Virus record (IMG/VR): IMGVR_UViG_3300032227_001499
Location: 1-47,503 of that record
Source of the DNA: a virus
Lineage: Duplodnaviria > Caudoviricetes
Strand: one strand, 5' to 3'
DNA length: 47,503 bases
Shown here piece by piece: positions 30,443-39,380 of this stretch. Under the pieces are notes generated by a model. The model was not told where the DNA came from. It did no database searches and was given only the letters and a program-made list of their open reading frames with translations. Within the stretch, counting starts at the first letter, position 1; each line of letters opens with the position of its first letter. Made by a program: the position numbers and the translations under genes.

Positions 30443-31084
30443 ATGAATGAAATAAAACAAAAACTTTATCAACTGACAGACAAATACAAACTTCCATCAA
30501 AACATTCTGATTTTCAGATAGAAAATTTTATAGTAGGAAAAGAAGTAGATGTTAATGGTAAAATTTGGCAATGTTTAAGAGAAATATCTGCAAGAAAAGA
30601 TTCTTTAGAAGCTGTGGAATTAGAAATACAACAAATTAATGATAACATAGAACTAAATGATATAAAGAAACAAAAGCTATTGTTGAAAACTATAAAAAAT
30701 AATAATATTAAACAATTAAATGAAAAAGAAAGACAAATAAAATTAAATGGATATAAAAGAAATGAAATTACATTTATTAATACTTTGAATAAATTAGTAG
30801 AAAAGAAAGAAGGAATTTTATCAGAAACAAAGAAGTTTGTTGAAATTTTTGAAAATTTAATTGAATTAAATGGATATAAAGATTTTGATAATGATGAAGC
30901 ACAAATAAATTATTGGAATAATAAATTTGGTTATGAATTAGATGTAAATAATCTTTTGGGATATAACCTAAATCCAGATTTAGTTAAATCAATTATGGCT
31001 TTGCCAAAAAATTCAAAATTAAAAATTTCTTTAGAAAATACTATTAAAGAAAGGCAAAAAATTCTTTTGCAAAAGAATAATTAA
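30443..31084 (+). CDS. Coiled-coil phage protein, possible fibre chaperone
   Basis: S.FQIENFIVG......WQCLRE..AR...E....YW..KF pattern; upstream of the fibre-like genes. Confidence 0.6.
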   Translation: MNEIKQKLYQLTDKYKLPSKHSDFQIENFIVGKEVDVNGKIWQCLREISARKDSLEAVELEIQQINDNIELNDIKKQKLLLKTIKNNNIKQLNEKERQIKLNGYKRNEITFINTLNKLVEKKEGILSETKKFVEIFENLIELNGYKDFDNDEAQINYWNNKFGYELDVNNLLGYNLNPDLVKSIMALPKNSKLKISLENTIKERQKILLQKNN

Positions 31085-31087
31085 ATT

Positions 31088-32149
31088 ATGGCTGTTATAC
31101 GTTTGTCTTCCGCAGACAGTGGATATTTACTTGGCGATCTATCAATATACAAAAATAGCATCGATACTTACGATACATTGTTTCAAGCAACTAACAATGC
31201 GTCTACAAAGCTTGGTCAAGCAATTTCTGTAACATCTGATGTAATTGTTGTTGAAGACACATCTAAATTTCCAAGTTCTGGAATTTTAAGAATATTTAAA
31301 TCTGATTATACTGGTCTGTCTTCAGAGTTAGTTTTTTATAGCAATAAAACAGAAAACTCATTCTATAATTTAGATCGTGGTTTTGCTGGCACCAAAATAA
31401 ACGAATGGAAATATGGAACTACAATTGAAGCTGGCGTGATGGCTGAACATCACAATTCAACTAGAGATGCTATTTTTAACATTCAGTCCTACTTAGGAAC
31501 TAATCAAACAACAGATGAAAACACACTAAATGGATTATTAAAAAAACAAGAGTCAAAAATATATTCTCCAAGATCTTTATTCAGAGCTTTCCCAAGAACT
31601 GGTAATTTTCCATTGACAGTTAATTTCCATACTTTCACAAATTCAAATACCATTCGTTATTTCTGGGATTTCGGAGATGGGTCAACTCTTAGCTTTGAAA
31701 AAAATCCCGTTCATGTTTATAAAACAGAAGGTAGCTATACTGTTACTCTTAGAACAATAACACAATTGGGAGCACAAGGATTTACAACAAAAACAAATTA
31801 TGTAGAAGTCTATAACGATTATGCAACTCCTTTTGTTTACGCAACACCAAAACAAGGCATAAGCACAAAAACAGCAGCGTCTTCTGGTAACTCTCCAACT
31901 ACATTTTTATTTGTTGACCAAACCAGAGCAGAAATAGTGAGTAGATTATGGCAATTTGGAGATGGAAATAGTCAGTTTATAACAGATCCAAATCAACACA
32001 CAGTAACTTATCAATATGAAAATAATGGAACTTATCGTCCAAGTGTTTTAATAGAGCTAAAAGGACAAAAAGTAATAACAGTATTTCTAAATGGATCTGG
32101 CACAGAAAATAATACCGAATATGCATTCGACAAGATAGAGGTAAGTTAA
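31088..32149 (+). CDS. PKD-domain virion protein with AEHHN N-terminal domain (paralogue 1)
   Basis: Two PKD motifs (YFWDFGDG....NP.H.Y...G.YTV.L; WQFGDG....Y...GTY); VMAEHHN. Confidence 0.8.
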   Translation: MAVIRLSSADSGYLLGDLSIYKNSIDTYDTLFQATNNASTKLGQAISVTSDVIVVEDTSKFPSSGILRIFKSDYTGLSSELVFYSNKTENSFYNLDRGFAGTKINEWKYGTTIEAGVMAEHHNSTRDAIFNIQSYLGTNQTTDENTLNGLLKKQESKIYSPRSLFRAFPRTGNFPLTVNFHTFTNSNTIRYFWDFGDGSTLSFEKNPVHVYKTEGSYTVTLRTITQLGAQGFTTKTNYVEVYNDYATPFVYATPKQGISTKTAASSGNSPTTFLFVDQTRAEIVSRLWQFGDGNSQFITDPNQHTVTYQYENNGTYRPSVLIELKGQKVITVFLNGSGTENNTEYAFDKIEVS

Positions 32150-34428
32150 TGGCGACTAATGTAAGATATCCTGAAAATCTAGATGATGTAACAACTCTGT
32201 ATACCACAAGAGATTCAGCATATTTGGCTTTGGCATCAGATTACACACCAGGAGATTCTTATATACAAGTGGAATATGACGCTGAAAAAAGCAATTTGTT
32301 TCCACAAACAGGAATTATTACTTTAACAGAACAATGCTCAGATCCAGAAGATAGAGCAATATCTTTTTATTACACATCTTTTGTAAACAATGCTTTTTCA
32401 GGATTGTCTGTTTTGGATGGTTTTGAAAATACAATTGTAAGACCAAGTAGAATAACAAAAGTTGTTATGAATGTTATGGCTGAACATCACAACATACTAA
32501 AAGATGGAATCTTAGCTATAGAAAACTTTGCTGGAAAAAGAATTACAGACAGATTAGATTGTAAAGAATTATCTGATACTTTGAAAAACGGAAAAACAAT
32601 TGAACAAAGAACAGTTTGTGCAACAAAATATGCCTTTGAACCAAAAGCTTGGTTTACAGTAGACAGAACAACATCTTTGGTTCCAGGAACATTTACATTT
32701 ACTAATTTAAGCTTTAGGCTTGGAAGCAACATACCAGATAATAATATAAAATATTACTGGGATTTTGGCGATAATACTGCAAGCAATATAACTATTAGCC
32801 AATTTGAAGATGAAGTCCCAATATATACAAATGATGTTATAGTAGATGATACAGATGGTGAAACAATAAAAAAGACATACACAACAACTGGTGTATTTAA
32901 TGTTTCTCTGCGAGTTGTAAATGATTTTGGGGAAGATACAGTAAAATTTGAAAATTTAATAAATATAAAATATCCTGCTCCTGATGAAGCTATTATTACA
33001 ACTACTGTAAACGAACTACAAAAAGAAATCTATGGCACTTTTAAAAGTCCCACAAACTTACAAATTTTTATTGAGATACCAAGTAATCCAAAAATAAACC
33101 CCGCTACTGGTAGAACATGGGCTGGTGAAAAAGTAAATAATAGCGGAAATGCAATCGATCCAATAATAAATTATGTTTGGTATATTCCAGATGATATAGA
33201 TCATGGAAACGACTCTTCAACAAGTTGCATATTTTCAGTAGGTGGAATTTATACGATTTCTTTAAAAGCAGAAACCGAAAGCCTTGCTTATAGAGTAACT
33301 AAATTTGAAAATTATCTTAATTTAGTAGAAAGAACAAATCTATGGTTGTGGACATTTTTTGCAAATTCTTATCTTGCTGTCCAAGCAAATGAAATGGGAT
33401 TTTTAAGTCAAATATTTAAAACAAAACAATCTTCTTCATTAACAACAACAATAAATGAAACCTTTTTGGAAAATTCAAGTTATTTAAATGTAAGCCAACA
33501 GAAAAAAGAATTTTATAGAAATACAAAATTTGTCCCAAAATTCGGCTCTCTAGATTCAGGTTTGGGCGGGGATTCAGTTCTGTTTTATTCAACCGGTAGA
33601 GCATCAACCGATCCCATATCAAATGAAAAAATAAATATTATAGAATTTAGTGGATACTTTGAATCCTATTACACAAAACCAGATATAACTCGTCCTTGGA
33701 ATTGGGTTTCATTTAATCTATCAGATATAGTTTATTTCTATCTAGGAAATCCAACCACAGCACAAAGCCCTGGGTTGTCTATTACAAATTGGCAAAATGT
33801 ACAACAATTAAATTTAAATAATTATGTTGTTTTGAACACATCTCTAAATACCAATAATTTTATTGGTTACTCTGTTGATTTGCAATCAAATCCAAGTACT
33901 ACTTTTAATAATTCAGGCGTATCTGAATATGGTTATTTTTCCATTAATAGAACTGCCCAAAGAGAATCAACTGGATATATTCTAAGAAATGATACAAATG
34001 GATCTAATTATAGAATATTTAATTTTTATAGCACTACTACTGATGGCTTAAGCTTGACAGGATTCCAGAAAAAACCAGATATTCTTGGAACTGCAAAAAA
34101 AGAAGGTCAATTAGTAAATTTAAACACAGGATTGTATTTCTTCGATAACTCTGGCGCTATCTCAGAATACGATACAAATTTAGAAGCTTGGAGAACTGGC
34201 GGTCCTGGATTAAACTCCGCAGCTTTCTCGGCATTACAAGATCAAACAGTATTTGGTTATGATAATTTGGATAATTCTCTTTTGGCTACATCAGATGGAA
34301 GCAACAATGCATATATAAGTTTTGACTATAGTCCAAATTCCTACATAAAATTTAACGATTTAGATTACACCTTTACTCGTTTAAATAGTAGACCATATGG
34401 TAATCAATGGATGATAGGCAATTATTAA
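32149..34428 (+). CDS. PKD-domain virion protein with AEHHN N-terminal domain (paralogue 2), probable C-terminal beta-rich domain
   Basis: YYWDFGD...KTY...GVFNVSL.V.N..G; VMAEHHN; TAATG overlap with the previous gene. Confidence 0.8.
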   Translation: MATNVRYPENLDDVTTLYTTRDSAYLALASDYTPGDSYIQVEYDAEKSNLFPQTGIITLTEQCSDPEDRAISFYYTSFVNNAFSGLSVLDGFENTIVRPSRITKVVMNVMAEHHNILKDGILAIENFAGKRITDRLDCKELSDTLKNGKTIEQRTVCATKYAFEPKAWFTVDRTTSLVPGTFTFTNLSFRLGSNIPDNNIKYYWDFGDNTASNITISQFEDEVPIYTNDVIVDDTDGETIKKTYTTTGVFNVSLRVVNDFGEDTVKFENLINIKYPAPDEAIITTTVNELQKEIYGTFKSPTNLQIFIEIPSNPKINPATGRTWAGEKVNNSGNAIDPIINYVWYIPDDIDHGNDSSTSCIFSVGGIYTISLKAETESLAYRVTKFENYLNLVERTNLWLWTFFANSYLAVQANEMGFLSQIFKTKQSSSLTTTINETFLENSSYLNVSQQKKEFYRNTKFVPKFGSLDSGLGGDSVLFYSTGRASTDPISNEKINIIEFSGYFESYYTKPDITRPWNWVSFNLSDIVYFYLGNPTTAQSPGLSITNWQNVQQLNLNNYVVLNTSLNTNNFIGYSVDLQSNPSTTFNNSGVSEYGYFSINRTAQRESTGYILRNDTNGSNYRIFNFYSTTTDGLSLTGFQKKPDILGTAKKEGQLVNLNTGLYFFDNSGAISEYDTNLEAWRTGGPGLNSAAFSALQDQTVFGYDNLDNSLLATSDGSNNAYISFDYSPNSYIKFNDLDYTFTRLNSRPYGNQWMIGNY

Positions 34429-34441
34429 ATAAGGTGAAGTT

Positions 34442-37400
34442 TTGGCAGTTATTTTTCCTCCAGTTGTAAAATATCCAGAAGACTATGATAATGACAAGTC
34501 TCTTTTTAAAGTATTTAATACTTCCGAAACAGTATTGTCTGCCGATTTGAAAAATTGGGCTACAGAAATTGAAATAGTACCAGTAGACCAATTCAAACCA
34601 GAAATTTTTGCTGAAAATGGATATGTAACAATTTCTGGCGAAATGATTTATTACGATAATGTTGAAAAAGATTACTTTACAGGAAAAATAAAAAAACTTT
34701 TAGATTGCATTAGAAATATGGGAGGCGAAAAACCTCAATTTAATGCTGCCGGAACACCTGTGCGTGGTTTTGTTTATGCAGAACATCACAATCAAATAGT
34801 TCAAGGAATTGTAAAGTTAGAAAATTTTATTGGACAAGAAAATTCTCAAGATAAAACAACTTTAGATTGGCGTATTAGAAATTTATTAAATGTTGATCCA
34901 GTTATAGATGATGTCTGCCCAGAGGTTTCATTTTTCTATACTGTTACCGAAAGCAATCCTTCTGTAGGTACAACAATATCTTATAGTTTATCCATTCTAA
35001 GTAATATAGAATTTACTTTTCAAATTGACTTTCAAGATGGAACAACTACAAATACCGAACTTGTTGGAACTCATACCTATTCTTTCGGGCAAAAAATTGA
35101 CCCATTAGTAAAAATTACTACATCTTTGTGCGAAATAACACAAAGCGCTAATCAAAGAGAATCTATAAACGAACCTATAGTTCAAATTACACCACTAACA
35201 TTTCCTGTAATCATACCAGATCCTCCTCCTATTCCAGAATTTAATTGCGAATTTCCAAATGATGATGGCAATGACATGCAGGTTCCGCCAATTGTTTTCC
35301 CATGCTTGGACATAGGACCATTTGGACCAATTAATATTCCATCACAAATAACTATTGGACCTCCAATACCAAGTGAAATAATTATAACTCCGCCAATAAG
35401 TTTTCCTAGCAACATTGTAATTACTCCAGGCTTTATAAATGTGCCTCCAGCATCTTTAAATTTAAATATAAATACATGTGTTAACTGTGCTATAGATGTT
35501 GAAATACAAGGTGGAATACCAGCACAATATCCATATGGAACAGATGGATGTGTTTTATGTCCTGGTAGTAATCCAAAAATTGAAGAAGTAACATTTCAAA
35601 TTACAAAATTAAAAATATCTTCTGGAGACATTGGCTCTCTCAAATTGCTTTTAGTAAGCCCAACTGGAAAATCTGTTCTTATATTAGGTAGTACTTCAGA
35701 AATAATTCAAATAGATCAGCCTGTTGATATTGACTTTGCCGACAATGGAAGTTCTTTTGTTTATCCAACTGATTCTAAAGTATCTAATGGAATTTATAAA
35801 GTAACTGCAAATAATAATCAATTGGCTAGAAATTCTGGCAGGTCTACTTTGGGACAACCTGCTCCTTCCCCTCCTTATAGCACATCTTTGGCAGCTTTTG
35901 AAGGAGATAGTTTAAACGAAACTGGCTGGAAATTATTCGTATCTGCAGATAGTAATTTTACAGGATCTTTTTCTACAGGTTGCGCTAAAATTAAATATTC
36001 TGGCGATGCTGTTTGCCCAACACCAAATACTATTATTGTTCCACCATTTCCTCCATTCCCACCACAACCTCCATTCCCACCTTACCCTCCTTTCCCACCA
36101 ATACCTCCATTCCCACCTTACCCTCCGTTTCCTCCATTCCCACCGTTTCCACCGAGTCCGCCTCCGTCTCCACCACCGCCACCGCCACCGCCGCCACCGC
36201 CGCCGCCACCGCCTCCACCGCCGCCGCCACCACCGCCGCCACCACCGCCGCCACCACCGCCGCCACCACCGCCGCCACCACCGCCGCCGCCACCGCCTCC
36301 ACCGCCACCGAGCCCTCCTCCGTCTCCACCACCGAGCCCTCCTCCGTCTCCACCACCGAGTCCACCACCGAGTCCGCCTCCGTCTCCTCCACCGAGTCCA
36401 CCTCCTACAGCATCTTGTAGTGGTAAATGTACATTCAAATATTCCCAAGCTGCTTGTGGAACAGGTACTAATTGTGTGTATGAATGTACTGCTGCAAATG
36501 GCGGAAACTGTACTGCATGGAAGATTATTACAGATTCATGTGGAGCCGACGTTCCAGCAAGTTGCAAATGTTTAAATGCTACCGACGCAGCTCCAAACCT
36601 TCCTTCAAATACACCTGCTGGAGGAAGACAAAAAATAAGTTGCTATCAAGGAACTTGGAAAGAAACAGCAAATGGTTGTTCTAATGTTGCTGGTTGCAAG
36701 TGCCCAGATCTTCCTACTACTACACCAGCAAATGGAACAGAAGAACAAAAAGATTGTGTAAGTTCTAGTGCTCCACCACCGAGCCCTCCGCCCTCCCCGC
36801 CCACTGGGTGCCCTCCTTCTGATAAATGCGGATGTTGCGTATATGCAGTTGATTTTACAAAATGTGCTACTGGTAGTGTACTTTACAGATGTAATAATGG
36901 AAAATATACACTTCCTGCAGGAGGCGACATCAAATGTGATGTTGGTTGCAGCTTTTTAGGTGCAGCGGATGCAGAAAAATTATGTAATTTACCAGCAACC
37001 TGTAATGAAGGAGAAACATTTGATTGCGGTTGTTGGAAATTGAATTACAAATTTGTAAGCAATAAATGTTTAACAAATTGTGAATGTCAAATAAGACAAG
37101 ACCCAGCAAATCCAGCAATTGGCTGTCCTGTTGGACAATCATGTCCAGACAAAGGCGTAGGTACACAATTTACATTGCCTTGTAAAACTTTTTCTGCTAA
37201 TTGTGGAGGAGATAATTGCACATGGACATGGCGTGTAAATGCAAATCCAAATTTAAACGCATGGAGTGCTACTGCTGGAGCAAGTTGCGTCGTGCCAACT
37301 CATAAAACGGTAGGTAACGATCCAAGTATATGGACATGGGAAAATAAAGCTGGATGTAGTGACGGTTGTACATATACTTGTAATATACAAACTCATAAAT

Positions 37401-38044
37401 TTGATTTAACAAAAGGTTGTGGTGCAGGATGTGCATGCCCTCCAGTAACTCTTGCAGAAGAGAATATTTGTAAGACTGCAACAGTGCCATTTGTTGCAAA
37501 TAGACAATGCCGAGTAAAATGTTATTGTTGTCCTCCAATATTTATACCTCAAGCAGGACAATCTCCATTTACAATACCATGTTCATTTGAACCAACTGTG
37601 ATCCCAGATACAGGAAAATGTGCTGACAATGTAGCCGCATTTGCTCCTATGGGTGGACTTAATATCAAAAATATTGCAGCAATCGTTTTGAATGATTTGC
37701 GATATGTCACAATGAGTAATATTGAAAAAACATCAAATCCATACGATGTTAATAGAATACAATATGAATATACGAATGACATTAATGACATTAAGAAAAA
37801 ATTAAAGGATGAAAATTCAAACAAGTTAAGATTTAATATTATTTCTCCTAGAGAAAAACTTATTCGTCCTTTGGACCTTAAGAGAAAAGAACTTGGTATT
37901 ATTAAGGATACAGATACAATTAAAATTGAAAACAAACCTTTAGAAGATGTGAGTGAAAAAGAAAGAATTAAAATTAAGTTAAAAAATTATGATTTGAAAC
38001 CAAATTTATCGGATATATTTGATGATAACGAAAACAAAAAATAA
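34442..38044 (+). CDS. Modular fibre-like protein: AEHHN domain, PKD-like, proprotein-convertase P-domain-like, polyproline stalk, Cys-rich repeats (paralogue 3)
   Basis: TTG start after AAGGTGA; VYAEHHN; IDFQDG...HTY; LLLVSPTG...F.D...PAPSPPY...LAAFEG....GWKLFV; 47 consecutive Pro; 48 Cys counted in about 36410-37625. Confidence 0.85.
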   Translation: MAVIFPPVVKYPEDYDNDKSLFKVFNTSETVLSADLKNWATEIEIVPVDQFKPEIFAENGYVTISGEMIYYDNVEKDYFTGKIKKLLDCIRNMGGEKPQFNAAGTPVRGFVYAEHHNQIVQGIVKLENFIGQENSQDKTTLDWRIRNLLNVDPVIDDVCPEVSFFYTVTESNPSVGTTISYSLSILSNIEFTFQIDFQDGTTTNTELVGTHTYSFGQKIDPLVKITTSLCEITQSANQRESINEPIVQITPLTFPVIIPDPPPIPEFNCEFPNDDGNDMQVPPIVFPCLDIGPFGPINIPSQITIGPPIPSEIIITPPISFPSNIVITPGFINVPPASLNLNINTCVNCAIDVEIQGGIPAQYPYGTDGCVLCPGSNPKIEEVTFQITKLKISSGDIGSLKLLLVSPTGKSVLILGSTSEIIQIDQPVDIDFADNGSSFVYPTDSKVSNGIYKVTANNNQLARNSGRSTLGQPAPSPPYSTSLAAFEGDSLNETGWKLFVSADSNFTGSFSTGCAKIKYSGDAVCPTPNTIIVPPFPPFPPQPPFPPYPPFPPIPPFPPYPPFPPFPPFPPSPPPSPPPPPPPPPPPPPPPPPPPPPPPPPPPPPPPPPPPPPPPPPPPPPPPSPPPSPPPSPPPSPPPSPPPSPPPSPPPSPPPTASCSGKCTFKYSQAACGTGTNCVYECTAANGGNCTAWKIITDSCGADVPASCKCLNATDAAPNLPSNTPAGGRQKISCYQGTWKETANGCSNVAGCKCPDLPTTTPANGTEEQKDCVSSSAPPPSPPPSPPTGCPPSDKCGCCVYAVDFTKCATGSVLYRCNNGKYTLPAGGDIKCDVGCSFLGAADAEKLCNLPATCNEGETFDCGCWKLNYKFVSNKCLTNCECQIRQDPANPAIGCPVGQSCPDKGVGTQFTLPCKTFSANCGGDNCTWTWRVNANPNLNAWSATAGASCVVPTHKTVGNDPSIWTWENKAGCSDGCTYTCNIQTHKFDLTKGCGAGCACPPVTLAEENICKTATVPFVANRQCRVKCYCCPPIFIPQAGQSPFTIPCSFEPTVIPDTGKCADNVAAFAPMGGLNIKNIAAIVLNDLRYVTMSNIEKTSNPYDVNRIQYEYTNDINDIKKKLKDENSNKLRFNIISPREKLIRPLDLKRKELGIIKDTDTIKIENKPLEDVSEKERIKIKLKNYDLKPNLSDIFDDNENKK
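36041..36406 (+). repeat. GC-rich proline repeat: (PP[FYQI])n, P47, (SPPP)n
   Basis: 36170-36310 is 47 codons of CCA/CCG/CCT with no CCC, flanked by PPF/PPY triplets and SPPP tetrads. Confidence 0.95.
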
Positions 38045-38909
38045 AATAAATAAATTAACTTTATTTAATTCTGAAGGAAATAAAGAAGACTTTATTATCA
38101 AGGAAGGCGTTAATAGAAATGTTTATTTAAAATGTGATTCATTTTGGATTAGAAATCCAAATGTCATAGGTAGTGTTCCGCAAGATATAAATAATGTTTA
38201 TTCTGATAATGAAATAAAGACTTATATAGAAAATGAAATATATAATTCAAAGTTAAATATACCCAATATAGAAACTGAAACTTTTGAATGGGAAACCGTA
38301 ATAATAGTGTCGAATGGATTTGGATTTAAAAACAATCATCAAGAGTTATTGGATAAGTTCCCAAATTCTAGAAAAAGTATAGTTATTTCAGCAAATAATA
38401 CTCCTAGGTTTTGGGAAAGTAAAAGATTGCCAAATTATTATGTTACGAATAATTTAAATGATTTTTCTAATTTTAAATTTCTACCAATTCTTATTGCTGG
38501 CAAAAGATCAAATCCTTTATCGATAGTAAAATATAGAAATATGAAGTATTTTTATAGTCATACACCAAGTTATAATTTTAACAGTCCTTCTGATAGAAAC
38601 AGTCTTTTGTATATAGATGATTATAGAAATCCAATATGTGCAGCTTTGAGTTGCTGCAATAATTATAGAGTTCAGAATATTGTTCTAGCTTTTTGTTCTG
38701 AAGGATACGATGTTAAAAGGGATGGAATGGAGTATATTTCTGATGATGTCTACATGTATCCTCAACAAAAATTAGCAAACAAAATTATAAACAGCATGAT
38801 ATTTTGGTACTTGGTAAATAACCCTCAATCAAAAATATTTTATACTGGTCTTAAAAATTCTTTTTCACTTGCTAAATATATTGATATTAAAGATTTAAAA
38901 GGTTTATAA
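38022..38909 (+). CDS. Maf/DUF115 (MptE-like) glycosyltransferase-fold protein, divergent
   Basis: ETVIIVSNGFGF...VISAN....PNYYV...NPICAAL......NIVL.FC follows the Maf/sialyltransferase-like Rossmann pattern; overlaps the end of the fibre gene. Confidence 0.5.
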   Translation: MITKTKNKINKLTLFNSEGNKEDFIIKEGVNRNVYLKCDSFWIRNPNVIGSVPQDINNVYSDNEIKTYIENEIYNSKLNIPNIETETFEWETVIIVSNGFGFKNNHQELLDKFPNSRKSIVISANNTPRFWESKRLPNYYVTNNLNDFSNFKFLPILIAGKRSNPLSIVKYRNMKYFYSHTPSYNFNSPSDRNSLLYIDDYRNPICAALSCCNNYRVQNIVLAFCSEGYDVKRDGMEYISDDVYMYPQQKLANKIINSMIFWYLVNNPQSKIFYTGLKNSFSLAKYIDIKDLKGL

Positions 38910-38913
38910 AGTT

Positions 38914-39207
38914 ATGGGAAACAAAGAGGGATTTTTTTCATCTGATGATTTTTTAAAAGATTTTAAAAAATGGGTAAATGTAACCCACGATGATAGTTTG
39001 GTTGTTGTAAATTCTTTTGTGCGACCAAATTCAGATGTTAAAACTATTCATGAGAATATGGATTGTCCAGTTCAGAATCATACTTCTAAAGAGATCGCAA
39101 AATGTTTTATGAAGAATGGTGGAAAAGTAAAAGAAATAGTTGAAAATTCTTTATTGATTTCAACTAAAAAAGGTAAATTTTATTTACCAAAAAAATATGT
39201 AGACTGA
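38914..39207 (+). CDS. Hypothetical protein (SH3-like C-terminus)
   Basis: 97-aa ORF in operon; GKVKEI....LLISTKKGKFYLPKKYV. Confidence 0.6.
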   Translation: MGNKEGFFSSDDFLKDFKKWVNVTHDDSLVVVNSFVRPNSDVKTIHENMDCPVQNHTSKEIAKCFMKNGGKVKEIVENSLLISTKKGKFYLPKKYVD

Positions 39208-39380
39208 GAATGTCTCAGCCTACATATAATTGATTTTAAATTAATTATTTCTTATTTGCAATGTCAACTTTGTTAGGCGGGCAAATTCCTTGCTCAGTAG
39301 CATCATGATATCCTTGTGTTCTTCCATCTTCTTTTGCTTTTTCAATTATTTCATTAATATCTTTTTCTCTACTTCTCTCA

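Noticed and set aside
35933-36575. Poly-Arg/Trp, poly-His/Arg, poly-Ala/Thr and poly-Gly ORFs in other frames
   Set aside because: These are stop-free shadows of the CCN repeat; only the Pro frame is continuous with the 1200-aa gene.
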